Source: Epithemia pelagica
Lineage: Eukaryota > Protista > Bacillariophyta
Assembly (NCBI GenBank): GCA_946965045.2
Contig: OX337232.1
Coordinates: 3,348,001 to 3,412,000 of the forward strand
DNA: 64,000 bases
Reading direction: 5' to 3'
Positions 29,665 through 40,995 of this stretch are shown here, piece by piece. The notes beneath the pieces are model-generated. The model saw nothing but the letters and a program-made list of their open reading frames with translations, was not told where the DNA came from and ran no database searches. Numbering within the stretch: position 1 is the stretch's first letter; each line of letters starts with the position of its first letter. The position numbers and the translations under genes were made by a program.

Positions 29665-32217
29665 ATGAACCAAACGGCCGAAAGTACCACAGCGGTGGTT
29701 GCCAACGCCACCGCCAGTGCGCAAAGGAGTTTGACGTCCTCATCCATGATCAAAAAGAAGAAAAAGAAGAAAAGATTAATGTTCAATAAGGAACCATCCG
29801 CAAGGACCCACAATCAACAGCCGTTAATTGGTGCTTCGGCTCCTCCTACTACAACTGCATCCTCCTCATCCATGGGCCACAGTCATAGTCACAAGCGTAT
29901 AATGGACAGAGAGGCCCCGTCTCAAATGAAGAAGAAGAAACCGAAATTTCGTCATCCTCTTCCCACTTCGGCAAATCAGCGAACGACATTGCAGCAGCAA
30001 CAACATGATGAATCCTCGTCCTCCATCGGTCGACGAAAATTGCCCCTTCAATCCTCTTCCTTGCAAGAGCAACGTCATGTCAGGGTGGAGAATAGGGCTA
30101 ACTCGTCTCCACCAGTAGCAGCAGTTCCTACGACTCGAACAAGCACCTATCCGCAACAGCCTCCTCGTTATCAGATTGAAACCGGCACTACTACCGTTCC
30201 TGCTCCTCCACCCGTCGTAGTGTTGCAGCAGCAGCAACAACAACCACAAGCACCAGAAGCAACCAGGACTGCCGTTTTTTCGCATCATCATTCTGGAGGA
30301 GCGGCTGCTTCATCATCACCATCCTTTTTTGTGGTGCCTGCTCCGGCACAACAATTACAAGAACCAGGAGCACGCTTGATCGTACAGCAGCAACCAGTAT
30401 CCGTAGCACAAGGATCTCAGCAAATCCTCCATTCACACCAACAATTGCAGTCACAACAACAACAGCTGCAGCAACTTCAATTCATTCAGCAGCAACAACA
30501 ACTTTTGGAGCAGCAAGCGGCACAGCAGCTACAACAAAAGCAACTCACCGTACTACAACAGCAGGAGCAGCTGCAACAACAAGTCCCTCTTTCGCTACCA
30601 CCTGGAGTAGAACGGCGACCCTCCTCACCTTCATCACCCAACACAACGGGGGCAGTTGTTATGGCATCCGGTGAAGGCCGCATGTCGTGTCGGCAACGTT
30701 GGGGAACGGTGGACAATGTTCCACCCCAAGCCTTGCCCTATGGTTACGAAGTCTCCAACGTGGATGTCGTGTGTGGACGGGGCAAGGCTTCGTACGAACG
30801 TCCGGGCAATCGCGTCTTTTTGGATTTGGTCGAACAAAATGTCGACTTGTATCGTGCCAGTGGGTCCAAGCGACACAAGGCCACGGTATTGGGGAAAATT
30901 GTACGAACTATTCGAGCCTCGGGAGGTAAATTTATCAAACTCGAACGAGACGAGGAGAAGAAACAGGACGGCGATAAGAACAGCGAGAACGAAAAGGACG
31001 GACAAAAAGTGGGAGTCAAGGGGGATACGGAAGAACAACCACTTTATGCGAATGAAAAACCACTAACAGTCAAAAAGAGGAGGTATCTAGAAGACGGTGA
31101 CGGTACATGGTGGGAAATTGGGGATGCCACAGCCCATGAAAAGGCTGGTCAAGCCATGCGAGTAGCGGTTCGGAATCGGACCGGTGCCGAACAAGCAACG
31201 ACCCAACGTCGCATTGAAGCACGCAAAAAGAAGGCCGCCGAAGAACAGCTAAGGGCTGCCTTTAAGGAGGCAGCTCGTGAAAGAGACGAACAAGCAGAGG
31301 AACCAAGTCAACAACTAGAAGAAGAGGACAAGGACGAGGAAAAAGGAGATGAAGAAGAACAACAACAACAAGAGGAGGATGAATTGTCAGACTTGAATCA
31401 CAATAGTACGGGCGCTGCTCAGGAGCAGCAGGCCGAAAACTTTTACGAACAAGAGGAACGAGAAGAAGATGACCAAATCGACGAGAATCGTGAGGATAGT
31501 AGGGGGGAAGACGGAGAAGATCATGATGATGACAGGACAGTGGAGGATGACGAGGAAGAAGGACCATCTTATCAGGAGCACCAGGACAAGAAGCAAAGAA
31601 GTAGAATTCCAGCATCCGAACATGCTTTGGAACTTCAAGCGAAACGTGGTGGTTTTGAAGGAACGACAATTTCAACAGCTGCATCGACTCAACCGCCGCA
31701 TTCCGTGCCAAAACAATCAGCAAGGCAAGTTAGTGCACCAAGAGCGCATCGAGTTTCGAACGTGGCATTCATGTCAGCAAACCAAACCGCTGCCCCTAGT
31801 AGCACGACTTCACGGAGATCAGCGGTCAGCACAACCCATGGTCAACTCGTGGCACCTGCTCCTACCAACACCCCCTCCACCAGCACTGGTGATTCGCAGA
31901 AACGCCTTGAAACGTCCTTGGCGGCTGATGCGGCGCAAAAACGCCTGGAAGAGTCCTTGGCGGCTGATGCTGCGCAAAAACGCCTGAAGGAGACCTTGGC
32001 GGCTTCTTGTTTGACTCAAAAAGCCTTGGCGTCTTCCTCTTCAGCGCCTCCTCTCTTGTTGTCCTCGTCGATTGGACGGTTGTGGTTGGTCGTGGAAAAG
32101 CACTGGGATCCTGCTACCATGAGTACGGGTGCAGGAATTTTGTGGATGGGCCGAACGGTACGATTTGATCACCAGCAACCACCACCACAACAACAGGCAC
32201 CACCAACGCAAGCGTGA
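29665..32217 (+). CDS. DUF6824-domain protein, Gln-rich and acidic
   Basis: DVVCGRG...PGNRVFLDLV...Y...K...IVRTIRASGGKFIK...WWEIGDATAHEKAGQAMR is the signature of the diatom-expanded DUF6824 family. Poly-K, NLS-like stretch near the N-terminus. Confidence 0.85.
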   Translation: MNQTAESTTAVVANATASAQRSLTSSSMIKKKKKKKRLMFNKEPSARTHNQQPLIGASAPPTTTASSSSMGHSHSHKRIMDREAPSQMKKKKPKFRHPLPTSANQRTTLQQQQHDESSSSIGRRKLPLQSSSLQEQRHVRVENRANSSPPVAAVPTTRTSTYPQQPPRYQIETGTTTVPAPPPVVVLQQQQQQPQAPEATRTAVFSHHHSGGAAASSSPSFFVVPAPAQQLQEPGARLIVQQQPVSVAQGSQQILHSHQQLQSQQQQLQQLQFIQQQQQLLEQQAAQQLQQKQLTVLQQQEQLQQQVPLSLPPGVERRPSSPSSPNTTGAVVMASGEGRMSCRQRWGTVDNVPPQALPYGYEVSNVDVVCGRGKASYERPGNRVFLDLVEQNVDLYRASGSKRHKATVLGKIVRTIRASGGKFIKLERDEEKKQDGDKNSENEKDGQKVGVKGDTEEQPLYANEKPLTVKKRRYLEDGDGTWWEIGDATAHEKAGQAMRVAVRNRTGAEQATTQRRIEARKKKAAEEQLRAAFKEAARERDEQAEEPSQQLEEEDKDEEKGDEEEQQQQEEDELSDLNHNSTGAAQEQQAENFYEQEEREEDDQIDENREDSRGEDGEDHDDDRTVEDDEEEGPSYQEHQDKKQRSRIPASEHALELQAKRGGFEGTTISTAASTQPPHSVPKQSARQVSAPRAHRVSNVAFMSANQTAAPSSTTSRRSAVSTTHGQLVAPAPTNTPSTSTGDSQKRLETSLAADAAQKRLEESLAADAAQKRLKETLAASCLTQKALASSSSAPPLLLSSSIGRLWLVVEKHWDPATMSTGAGILWMGRTVRFDHQQPPPQQQAPPTQA
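31897..32004 (+). repeat. Intragenic 39-bp tandem repeat (QKRLExSLAADAA, about 2.8 copies)
   Basis: Units at 31897, 31936 and 31975. Confidence 0.9.
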
Positions 32218-32404
32218 TTCCCACACGGAATAAGGACGATCACTCCATGCCTCTGGTGGAGCTCTCAGAGTACCAAAAATGAATTTTACTTCCATTCTTC
32301 AGAGAACCTATTATTGTGAGAATTGAGACAACGGACGGTCTGGTTCCTGTGCTTGGAAACCAGATTTCGTAGACATTACAGACCTTTCCTGGTTCGCTGG
32401 AACT

Positions 32405-32930
32405 CGATGCTCCTTCGGTACTAGGTAGACCGCCATCATTTGCCTCCTGGTACGGTGCCTTGCCATGAAAGTGTCCCACACAGGGAGTATCACTTTGCTG
32501 AGAGGATGCGGGAATCCCAACATAAAATGGTGGTCGTTCAATCGTTTTATCGTGTCGGGCCTCAAGTCCTGGACCCTTTGTCCGTCTAGTGGTTGTGGAT
32601 CCTCACTCCAGTTGTTGTTGGTGGTGTCCTCGTCGTCCTGTAGTACTAGTACCATCACGCCTGGATGACGAAGTTTCATGCCCCCTTCTTCTTGTTGTTG
32701 TCCATGGACGGCATTACGTCCTTACTCCCTCATTGGAAAAGTGGAGAATGGTCCCTCGTCGTCCTCCATTGCGTTTGCCGTGACGAAACAGCATGTCATG
32801 AGACTGAGGCCCATTCGGATCTATATTTAGGTGGCAGCCCATCCCCGTTCCTTTCTGGTAGACCCATTGTAGACCATCAGCCATCTTATAGCCTTCTATT
32901 CGTTGTCCCCCAAGCCCAAAAGCCCCTTGG
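32405..32930 (-). pseudogene. Decayed inverted copy of the 3' end of the MORN gene (about 46715-47200)
   Basis: The minus strand carries the same ordered blocks as the MORN 3' end: TCCGAATGG, GTCACGGCAAACGC, ATGCCGTC.ATGGACAA, GACGACGAGGAC, GAGTGAGGATC, GGGTCCAGG, CAAAGTGAT, GGGACAC, AGGAGGCAAAT, GGTCTACC, CCGAAGGAGCAT. Many indels. Confidence 0.8.
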
Positions 32931-33156
32931 GTCAGCAAAGATATTCAGAAGATACGATCCAGCGAGACACCCCATGGTCAGAATGTCTACGAGAATTCAA
33001 ATTTCAAAAATGGAGGCAGTCTCTCCATAGTCCGCATTCTGATGGTCGCGTTCCCAGTCGCTTTTCTATAGACGAAGGACGGACGAAAGAAAGGATTCTT
33101 CCACAAAAGATCCACATGATCATCGTATCTTTTGTGGTCGTCGAGATTCACCCAAC

Positions 33157-33157
33157 C

Positions 33158-33244
<87 letters not shown>

Positions 33245-33247
33245 GCA
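33157..33247. repeat. (CAA)n microsatellite, about 30 units
   Basis: Near-pure run upstream of the alpha-kinase gene. Confidence 0.95.
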
Positions 33248-33432
33248 ACCGACACTCCTACATTTCTACCAACGGAGAAAGAGAGAGAGAGAGAGACGTA
33301 TATCATTGTCTGTTGTGCATACTAATTATACTCTAGAGAGTGAAACACACACACACGCACACACACATCTACTCTAGAGTAGACACAGTCTTTGGTTCCA
33401 CCCGAACCCAAAAACACCACACACACAAGATC

Positions 33433-36420
33433 ATGGACCAGCCAGTGACAACAAAACCAACGGACGACACAAAGCACCACAACCATGACGACAACAACAA
33501 CACGAGCAACACTACCAAACTCTTCTCTTCCTCTTCCACGACAACCACCACGGCCAAGGCCAAGATTGCCAAACTGTACGTACCGTGCTGTTGTTCCACA
33601 ACCAACCAATGGTCGTCTTGTTTTTTCTCATTCGATTGTTTTTCACGAACCTTTGTTTCTTCCCTTGGACCTCTTTTGGTTTTTCTATTGGGGTTGGTTG
33701 CGTCTGGTGTTGTGTTTCTTCCCTTCCACCATTCTTCGATTCGATTCTTTTGTGTTGTTAGAATCCAACGCGCCGCCTCACAATTGGTGGCCGAGCAAGA
33801 TGTCTGGGCGCCCTATCAAATTGTCGACCGTCCCGCCCAATTGGTGGTGCGACATTCGTACGATCCAGCCACACAAACGTGGCGCTCGGAACAAACCATT
33901 GTCAAAATGGAACCGCAACCCTTTACCCATGGCGCCATGCGGCATTGTTTTCGGCTCAAGAAACGATCGACACCGCCGCAATCCTGTTCCAATCATCGCT
34001 TTCATTCCCATGGATGGTCGCGGAGTAGCAATTATGTGGCCAAAGCGTACGTAGTACAGCAACAACAAGGAGTAAACGACAAGAACAAGAACAAGAACAA
34101 CTCGACATTGGTGGTGGATTGTTCCGAGGCGGCCAAGGCAGCGGTCCAAAATGATATCATTTTGCAATACGAAGCCATGCATTGGGCCACGAAATTCAAC
34201 AATTTGCATCCTCCCCGAACCATTGTCTTTTTGCAAGCCTATGCCATGGAATTCGTCCAGTGGCATCCCCGCCCCGCCTGGTTTGCCGTGGAACGATTCA
34301 TTAGTGGTCGCGACGAATATGGCGCCGGCTTTGTCAAGCACAATACCAATTCCGGCATGGTCGATGCCTTGGAACGTCGTCGAACGCCCCAAGTCTTTTC
34401 GGCCTTTTCGTTCTATGCCAGTCAGGGCCACCGCCTCGTGGCCGATATTCAAGGCGTGGCCGATTTGTATACCGACCCGCAAGTCCATTCGTCCGACTTG
34501 CAATTTGGCGAGGGCGATTTGGGATTTCGGGGCATGGCCCTCTTTTTCAAATCCTTTCGGCATTGCAGTTACAGTGATTTTTTGGGAGTGCCGCAATTTC
34601 CCCTGTCGCGGAATGAATTGAAATTTCAAGCCAAGTATCACGACGATGATTTGACATTGAGCGACGACGAGGATGAAGACGAGGATGAATTCAATGAGGA
34701 GGAGGAGAACGAGGAGGATGCTCGATTGGCCAAGGATTTTAAAAAGTTGATGCGGATTGACAAGAATCGGGAACGACGTCGCAGTCTGTTATTGTCCAGT
34801 AACAGTACTCCAGCCCATGTCTTTGACAAGCATGTCAATGCCATGGATGAGGCCACGGCCAAACGATCCAATCTCTCCTTACCACCCTGGATCCCCAACA
34901 ACGAGGAGGACGGCAGCAACAAGGACGAAGCACAAGATTGGCAAGCCTCCATTCGACAATCCATGCGCAATCTGTACAGCAACAGTACTGCCACAAAAGC
35001 AGCAGCCGCACCACCCTCTCCGACGAAACACAAGTTTCGTCGGACGCAATCCGATGTCGACGAGGTCACGAGTTCGTTGTTGCGTGCGACGCGTGACGTG
35101 GTCTTTGATCATCGCATGTTTCATCGGCATGCCAGTGGCGAATTGCGCCAACGCACGACGGAAATTCATACCCAAGACTTTCGTCAGGATTTGCAACCCG
35201 CACCGCCCATGATTCCCACGGCCGAAACCAAGGCGCATTTGGGAAAGGTCCATTATCATTTGGCCTGTTTGCATGGATTGAATCGATTTCCCGAAATGGC
35301 TCAAGTCATCCAGACGACGACCAATCCAGACGACAACAACGACGACAAGACTCACCAAACGCAAGAGGCGGAGGGTGGACCCGATGCGTCGTCCATTGTC
35401 TTTCACCTCTGTCATGCAGCTGCCTTGCGTTGTCCAGCCGCCTGCTTGGCCTTGGGTCGAGTCCGAGCCGGTTTGAGTAGTTGTGTCTCGTCCACCCTAC
35501 AAACCGTCGTTCCGGTCGACTTTGACTCGGCCAAGGAGCTCTTGCAACGCGCCATGGAACAACAAGATCCACAACAAGCAGCATCCACCTCTACGACGAT
35601 GACGACGACTGCTACCTCCAAGTCCGCCCTCATTCCATCACAGCAAGGTCTGGATGTCAAGGCCCGTGCGGCGGCCGCCTGTCTCTTGTTGCAAATTTTG
35701 CAACACGAAACGGAAACGACTACACCGGTTACCATGCAAAACTTGATGGAGGAAACCTTGGAGTTGGTCCAACAGGCTCATGCTCAGGATCAAGAATTGA
35801 AATTGCACATGGAACGATTGCACCAACAACAACCATCCACTGAGAATGAGGAAGCACCGGCCGATTCCTCCGCCTCCTCCTCGTCACCACCAGCCCTTCA
35901 AGTGGGGGATCGCGCCGAAGGCAATTACTGTATGGAAGGTACGTTTTATCCGGGTACCGTCACGGCGATTCACGAGGAGACGGGTGTTGTCCAGGTCACG
36001 ATTCAATACGATGACGATGGATCAGAAGAGATCTTGGCCAGCGATGCGGTCCGTCCTCTCCTATCGTCCTTGGTCAAGGCAGCCATTGCCGCCACGACCA
36101 GTCGTCGGAGTCAGTATGCACAACAACAACAGCAACAACAGGGAGGCGGCACTGTCACGCCGGGATATATGGATGAGTTGCAAGCCTTGGGCTTGATTAA
36201 CGAAGATGAAAATTGTTTGATGGATCTGCATACCTTGCAAGCCGATTTGGCCCATCTCAAGGCACAATTGGGCTATCCACAGGAAGCCGCACAATTGTAC
36301 GAAGCGGCTGCCGAAGGAGCCTTGACGGCTGGCAAAATGAAGACGGCCTCCGAGTACAGTCTCCGGGCGGCTGAATTACTGGCAGAAGACACGAAGAACG
36401 AAAACAATCGAAACGAATAA
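33433..36420 (+). CDS. eEF2 kinase-like alpha-kinase with C-terminal SEL1/TPR-like region and Tudor-like insert; probable intron 33576-33761
   Basis: PFTHGAMRHCFRL, YVAK, AVERF, FVKHNTNSG, TPQVFS, VADIQGVADLYTDPQ, FGEGDLGFRGMALFF. C-terminal AAQLYEAAAEGALTAGKMKTASEY resembles the eEF2K tail. GTACGT donor and TTAG acceptor. Confidence 0.88.
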   Translation: MDQPVTTKPTDDTKHHNHDDNNNTSNTTKLFSSSSTTTTTAKAKIAKLYVPCCCSTTNQWSSCFFSFDCFSRTFVSSLGPLLVFLLGLVASGVVFLPFHHSSIRFFCVVRIQRAASQLVAEQDVWAPYQIVDRPAQLVVRHSYDPATQTWRSEQTIVKMEPQPFTHGAMRHCFRLKKRSTPPQSCSNHRFHSHGWSRSSNYVAKAYVVQQQQGVNDKNKNKNNSTLVVDCSEAAKAAVQNDIILQYEAMHWATKFNNLHPPRTIVFLQAYAMEFVQWHPRPAWFAVERFISGRDEYGAGFVKHNTNSGMVDALERRRTPQVFSAFSFYASQGHRLVADIQGVADLYTDPQVHSSDLQFGEGDLGFRGMALFFKSFRHCSYSDFLGVPQFPLSRNELKFQAKYHDDDLTLSDDEDEDEDEFNEEEENEEDARLAKDFKKLMRIDKNRERRRSLLLSSNSTPAHVFDKHVNAMDEATAKRSNLSLPPWIPNNEEDGSNKDEAQDWQASIRQSMRNLYSNSTATKAAAAPPSPTKHKFRRTQSDVDEVTSSLLRATRDVVFDHRMFHRHASGELRQRTTEIHTQDFRQDLQPAPPMIPTAETKAHLGKVHYHLACLHGLNRFPEMAQVIQTTTNPDDNNDDKTHQTQEAEGGPDASSIVFHLCHAAALRCPAACLALGRVRAGLSSCVSSTLQTVVPVDFDSAKELLQRAMEQQDPQQAASTSTTMTTTATSKSALIPSQQGLDVKARAAAACLLLQILQHETETTTPVTMQNLMEETLELVQQAHAQDQELKLHMERLHQQQPSTENEEAPADSSASSSSPPALQVGDRAEGNYCMEGTFYPGTVTAIHEETGVVQVTIQYDDDGSEEILASDAVRPLLSSLVKAAIAATTSRRSQYAQQQQQQQGGGTVTPGYMDELQALGLINEDENCLMDLHTLQADLAHLKAQLGYPQEAAQLYEAAAEGALTAGKMKTASEYSLRAAELLAEDTKNENNRNE

Positions 36421-37245
36421 TAGGTAGTAGTACCAACTCACCCAACCGGAAGTTCTGGAACTCGGACGGAGTGACAAAACGAGTTGCCTCTTGCTCATTG
36501 GACTATTCCACTAGAATTCATCTGGAGCGTTGACCGATTTGTCCATATGACCAAATCCACTCCTAGAGGAAATCCCGTATGTCGGGAAGACACGGGATCT
36601 GACTCACGAGCTTCCGAAGAGACTGAGACGGTGCAGCACCAGCCGGTAGAGGTGCCTTCTCCATGTGGTTGTGGTCGCCTTCTCCACAAAAATTTCGATA
36701 TTGAGAGAGTATTAGGGGTAGGTAGAGAGAAGGATGATTGGATGAATATCATGCGTCAAAATTCTGCCCGCATGATATTCATTTCATCACGAAATTTTTG
36801 TGCCACGTCAGACCACGTGCGCAAAATCGTGATAAAATGATATATCACGTCCGTGTATCAGGCCAATACTTTACCACCTGCAAACAAAAGTTGTAGCGTG
36901 ACACGTCAAGAAAAACGCGGAAATATGACGTCAACTCCCACCCATTACGGAGAGTGTTTTCTTTATGCTAGTGTACATTGGTCTTAGAGAAATTAGAAAT
37001 GACGGTTAGGATTTTGAATCGACTCCAGCGGTCCCCCGAATTGGGGGACTTGGAGCTTGGAGGAACAATCGCGGTATACGAGTACTCGTACTATTCTAGG
37101 TTCTAGGTTTTGGTCTTTTGGAAATGTCAAAGGACGGCGTGTCGCGCCAAATTGGTGATGACATGACGTGCCGATTTTTGTTTTTGCAGATGGTGAAGTA
37201 TTGGCCTCAAACGGTACCACAATATCACTATCTCATCGATCGACC

Positions 37246-40200
37246 ATGGCGCTTCGTGATTGGCAGTGCCGCTCCTCAGTGGCTTCGTTGCTCCTTTCCA
37301 TGAGCACGATGACGGCCAATGAAAACTTTTTCACGCCTCCAGACCACTTTGAACAGCTGAGATTGAATGCCTTCAACGTTACAAGAAAAGGAAATGTTGA
37401 TTTAGTGAGGGCCTCCCAAGACGAAGCCACAGAATTGTCGTTTTGTCATCTCATTACCTACGCCGCATTCAGTCGGGCGGATGCCAAATGCACACCGAGC
37501 CAAGCTTCGAAAGTATACTAGGAACTTGCGGCAACGTTGTTGGCGATACATCATTTCAATAATGGTATTGGAAGTGTGGTGGAAGAAATTCAAGATATTC
37601 ACAAGACATGCCCAGTCGCGGCTCACAACCGAATTTCATGATTCCAGGTACACACCGGCTCTTGTTGTGGAAAGTATGACGAGAGTCATTGCTTCGCGGA
37701 GCTTTGGCGTAACCTTGGAGTCGGCGAGAAAAGACGCACAACCGTGCGCCATAATTGGCCCTCGATCCTCTTCGACAACAACCCCGTCAGCAATTATTTC
37801 TGGAGTTTACGATCTGGCTCAATTATCTTACACAGCAACTAGCCCCGAGCTCAATGATGCCTTCAAATACCCCTTGTTCAGCCGGATAGTGACCTCAGAT
37901 GACTCAGCTGCCAAGGCGGCCAAAAAGTTTCTTTGGGAGCATTCCAAAACAACCCACATGGCTGTGCTCTACGTCGCGGATCCATTTGGGACTGAATATA
38001 ACAAAGCTCTCTTGCAAGAAGCGTCCTCAGATCCGGTAACCAAAATTGAAGTGCGCTCATTTCCTCTCGTCTTCCCCCCAAATCTTGAGGATATCCAGCA
38101 GGCGCTTCGAAAAGTCAAAGGCACGGGCTACCGACATGTCTTTGTAATTGCTTTTTCGTCGTACCTTGAGAACCTAGTACTGGAGGCCAAAGCTCTGGAT
38201 CTTTTTGGAGATGACTACTTTTGGATGATTGGTATCTCGACGTCTTTCTTTGGGAGAGCAGCGTACACCCAAGAGGTACGGAGAAAACGATTTATTCATC
38301 TTAACAAGCTTATTGATGGCCGGTAAACCTCAAGTGTTTTTCTTCTTCTCCTTCTTCTTTCAGGACGCCGATGCATTCAAAGGAATGGCAATGCTTCCCG
38401 AGTTTGGGGCCAAGCCAAGGTCCGAAGGATATTCACGCTTTCTTACCGCGTGGAATTCAATCAGCGAAACAGAAATGGAGTATTCCAAAGCCAAGATTCC
38501 GGATATTGCCGGAGTGCCTGGAACGGAATGTTATGATCCTCCGGCAGGCTTTTTCTCGGAATTATACAAAGATGATCCAGGTGACACGGGGCCGTTTGCT
38601 TACGATACAGTGATTACCATGGGACTCGCGGCTTGTCGAGCAGCTGCTGCGGAAAAGGATGATCCTGGGCAATATTTTGATGGTGAATTGCACTCACAGG
38701 AAATTGTGCAAGGACCAAGTTTTGAAGGTGCCACGGGCCTGGTTAGCATTGATAAAACAACTCGATCTCGCGATCCTATGCAGTGCTGAATGTGCTTCAA
38801 TCGGAAGAAAAAACGAGGAAGGCTTGATCACATTTACAACAACAGAATCAGACTACATCACGCCAAACGAGGAGCGGGGCGAATGGGAATTGCAAAGGAC
38901 TGGAGAGTTTCTTTTTCACGATGGAACCCCAAATCCTCTTCCCAGTCTTCCGAGCATAACCGTGGACATGAATTATATCGGAGACCTCCGAATCATGGGG
39001 TATATCTTTGTTGGTATTCTGGTGTCCTCATCCCTTCTCTGTATTGGTTGGACCTATGTCAACCAATCGTCACGTGTCGTCCGTGTTTCGCAACCACCGT
39101 TCCTGATCATGATTTGCGTTGGGACCATTATTGTCTCGTCTGTAATCATTCCTCTTGGAATTGATGACCAGCATTTCTTAGAAGATGCTGCAGATACAGC
39201 GTGAGTTAACCAAGGGGCAGACGGTATTATCTTTTTTTATTTCTGACTCATTCCTTCTTTTTTGCAGGTGCATGTCGATGCCTTGGCTCGCGTCGGTTGG
39301 GTTTGTGATGGTGTTTTCAGGTGAGGCATTTTTCACGTGCAGTGTCAGTTCCTCTATTCCAGCGGGCTGACACCCTGTTCTTCTGTGCTGAGTACCTCTT
39401 TTCAGTAAAACCTCACGGGTTAATCGAATTTTGAAGGAGGGACAACGTTTCTCCCATGTAAAGATATCAGAGAAAGGACGTACTCAAGCCCTTCGTGCTT
39501 TTGATGTCGGCGAACTTGATCGTTCTGCTTTGCTGGACAATTGTACATCCTCTGCGGTTTGAACGAAGCCCTGATTCAGGGACGGACCCTTGGAATCGCG
39601 TCGTATCCACAACTGGGCGTTGCAAAGGAACGGGCAATATCACAATTTACTTGGTACTTTTAAGTGCAATCAACGTAGCTCCGGTACTTCTTGCGAACAT
39701 CCAGGCCTACCGGGCAAGACATGTTCATACAGAACTGTCGGAATCTCGCTACATTGGCCTCATCATGATCTGTCTTCTCCAAACTTGGTTTACCGGGGCT
39801 CCGTTCTGGCTTCTTGTCCGCGATAACCCCAAAGCATTTTACTTTGTGGTCTGCATGATTGTTTTCATCACTTGTGCAGTCGTTTTGTTCCTCATTTTCT
39901 ATCCCAAGTTCTCCGCTTGGAGAAAGTGGAAGAAATAGGAAATGGAAAGGCCAAGGAGAAGTGGTTCCTTCAAAGCGGATGGGGAGTTTGGTCTCCGCGC
40001 TATCCGAACGAAAAGCAGCATCCTTGACTCTAAAGGAAATATGTTCAAGTCGAATGAAAGCATGTCGATGCTCGAGGACGGTGCTAAGGGTCGGATATAT
40101 GTATCAGGGTTAGATTTTGCTCGTGATTCCAGCTCGAAATCTTCTTCTCAGCTTATGAGAGAAAGGGCAGTGCCGACTTTGATGGAGCATGAAGATGAGG

Positions 40201-40247
40201 ACATCGGTGGTCCGATCACTAGCAGAGAACAAAATCCGGGAGTATGA
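37246..40247 (+). pseudogene. Disrupted family-C (GABA-B-like) GPCR: periplasmic-binding-type ectodomain + 7TM
   Basis: AIIGPRSS...LSYTATSPEL...YPLFSR; VVRVSQPPFLIMICVG; CMSMPWLASVGF; QAYRARHVHTELSESRYIG. Introns at about 38276-38363, 39201-39268 and 39321-. In-frame TAG at 37519 and 39936; frameshifts at about 37618, 38783, 38808 and 39475. Confidence 0.85.
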
Positions 40248-40620
40248 TGATTTTGGGGGGAAGGACTCGTCTCAATAGTATTGCTTTGTACAATAGATAA
40301 AGGCACCCAGGTACAGAAATACACTCCACCAGGACGGACCGAACAGGCATTTAGGAGGACGGTGGATCTCATAACAGAAAACTATTCGCGGCCTTTTCTA
40401 TTGTGGAGACAAGAAGGAAACACCTATGAGCGATGGTTTCTCTAATTGTATTTGATGTTCTTTATCAACAATTTGTGAAAAATCCACATCATTAATCTAA
40501 ATGCTCTTGATTTTGGGAGCACTCTCGGCGTTTGCAGCCGACTTGAATTCACTGTATCCCTTCCACAGCGTGGCCAAGAAACCAACAACAGTAGCTCCAA
40601 AGACGGTTGCCATAACCCCT

Positions 40621-40679
40621 TCCCTCTTTCTCAATGCGGCACCTCCGGCGCAGGCTCCCATTCAATTTGGCACTCCCCC
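40621..40679 (+). repeat. 59-bp fragment copied from the MORN gene coding region (44868-44926)
   Basis: 53/59 identical by hand alignment; encodes SLFLNAAPPAQAPIQFGTPP versus SLFLNATPPKQAPIQFGTPP. Confidence 0.9.
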
Positions 40680-40995
40680 ACCATCACAACAGGACGACGT
40701 TGCCCTTTTAATTACCTAGGAGTACTTCTAACAGTATACTCCTAACAGTTAACAGTAAATACTGTTTTCTTCGGAGTGGAGATCTCGCAAGATATCGCAT
40801 GTATTTGCAACCTGCACGTATGGACCTGCATGTCTGCAACGCGAAAGAGATTCTACGCTGTCGGGCGGCACACATGAGAATCTTTCGAACAAGTCTATGG
40901 TCCCATAAACTCGCAACGACCCAAGACAACACGACCTTCAACAACCCTCGCCGGAGCTTTTCCTTCCTCACCGCCACCGAAAGTCAAAAGCCATC

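Noticed and set aside
33011-33041. 16-bp exact match TGGAGGCAGTCTCTCC shared with 42476-42491
   Set aside because: Similarity extends only about 30 bp; too short to interpret without a genome-wide search.
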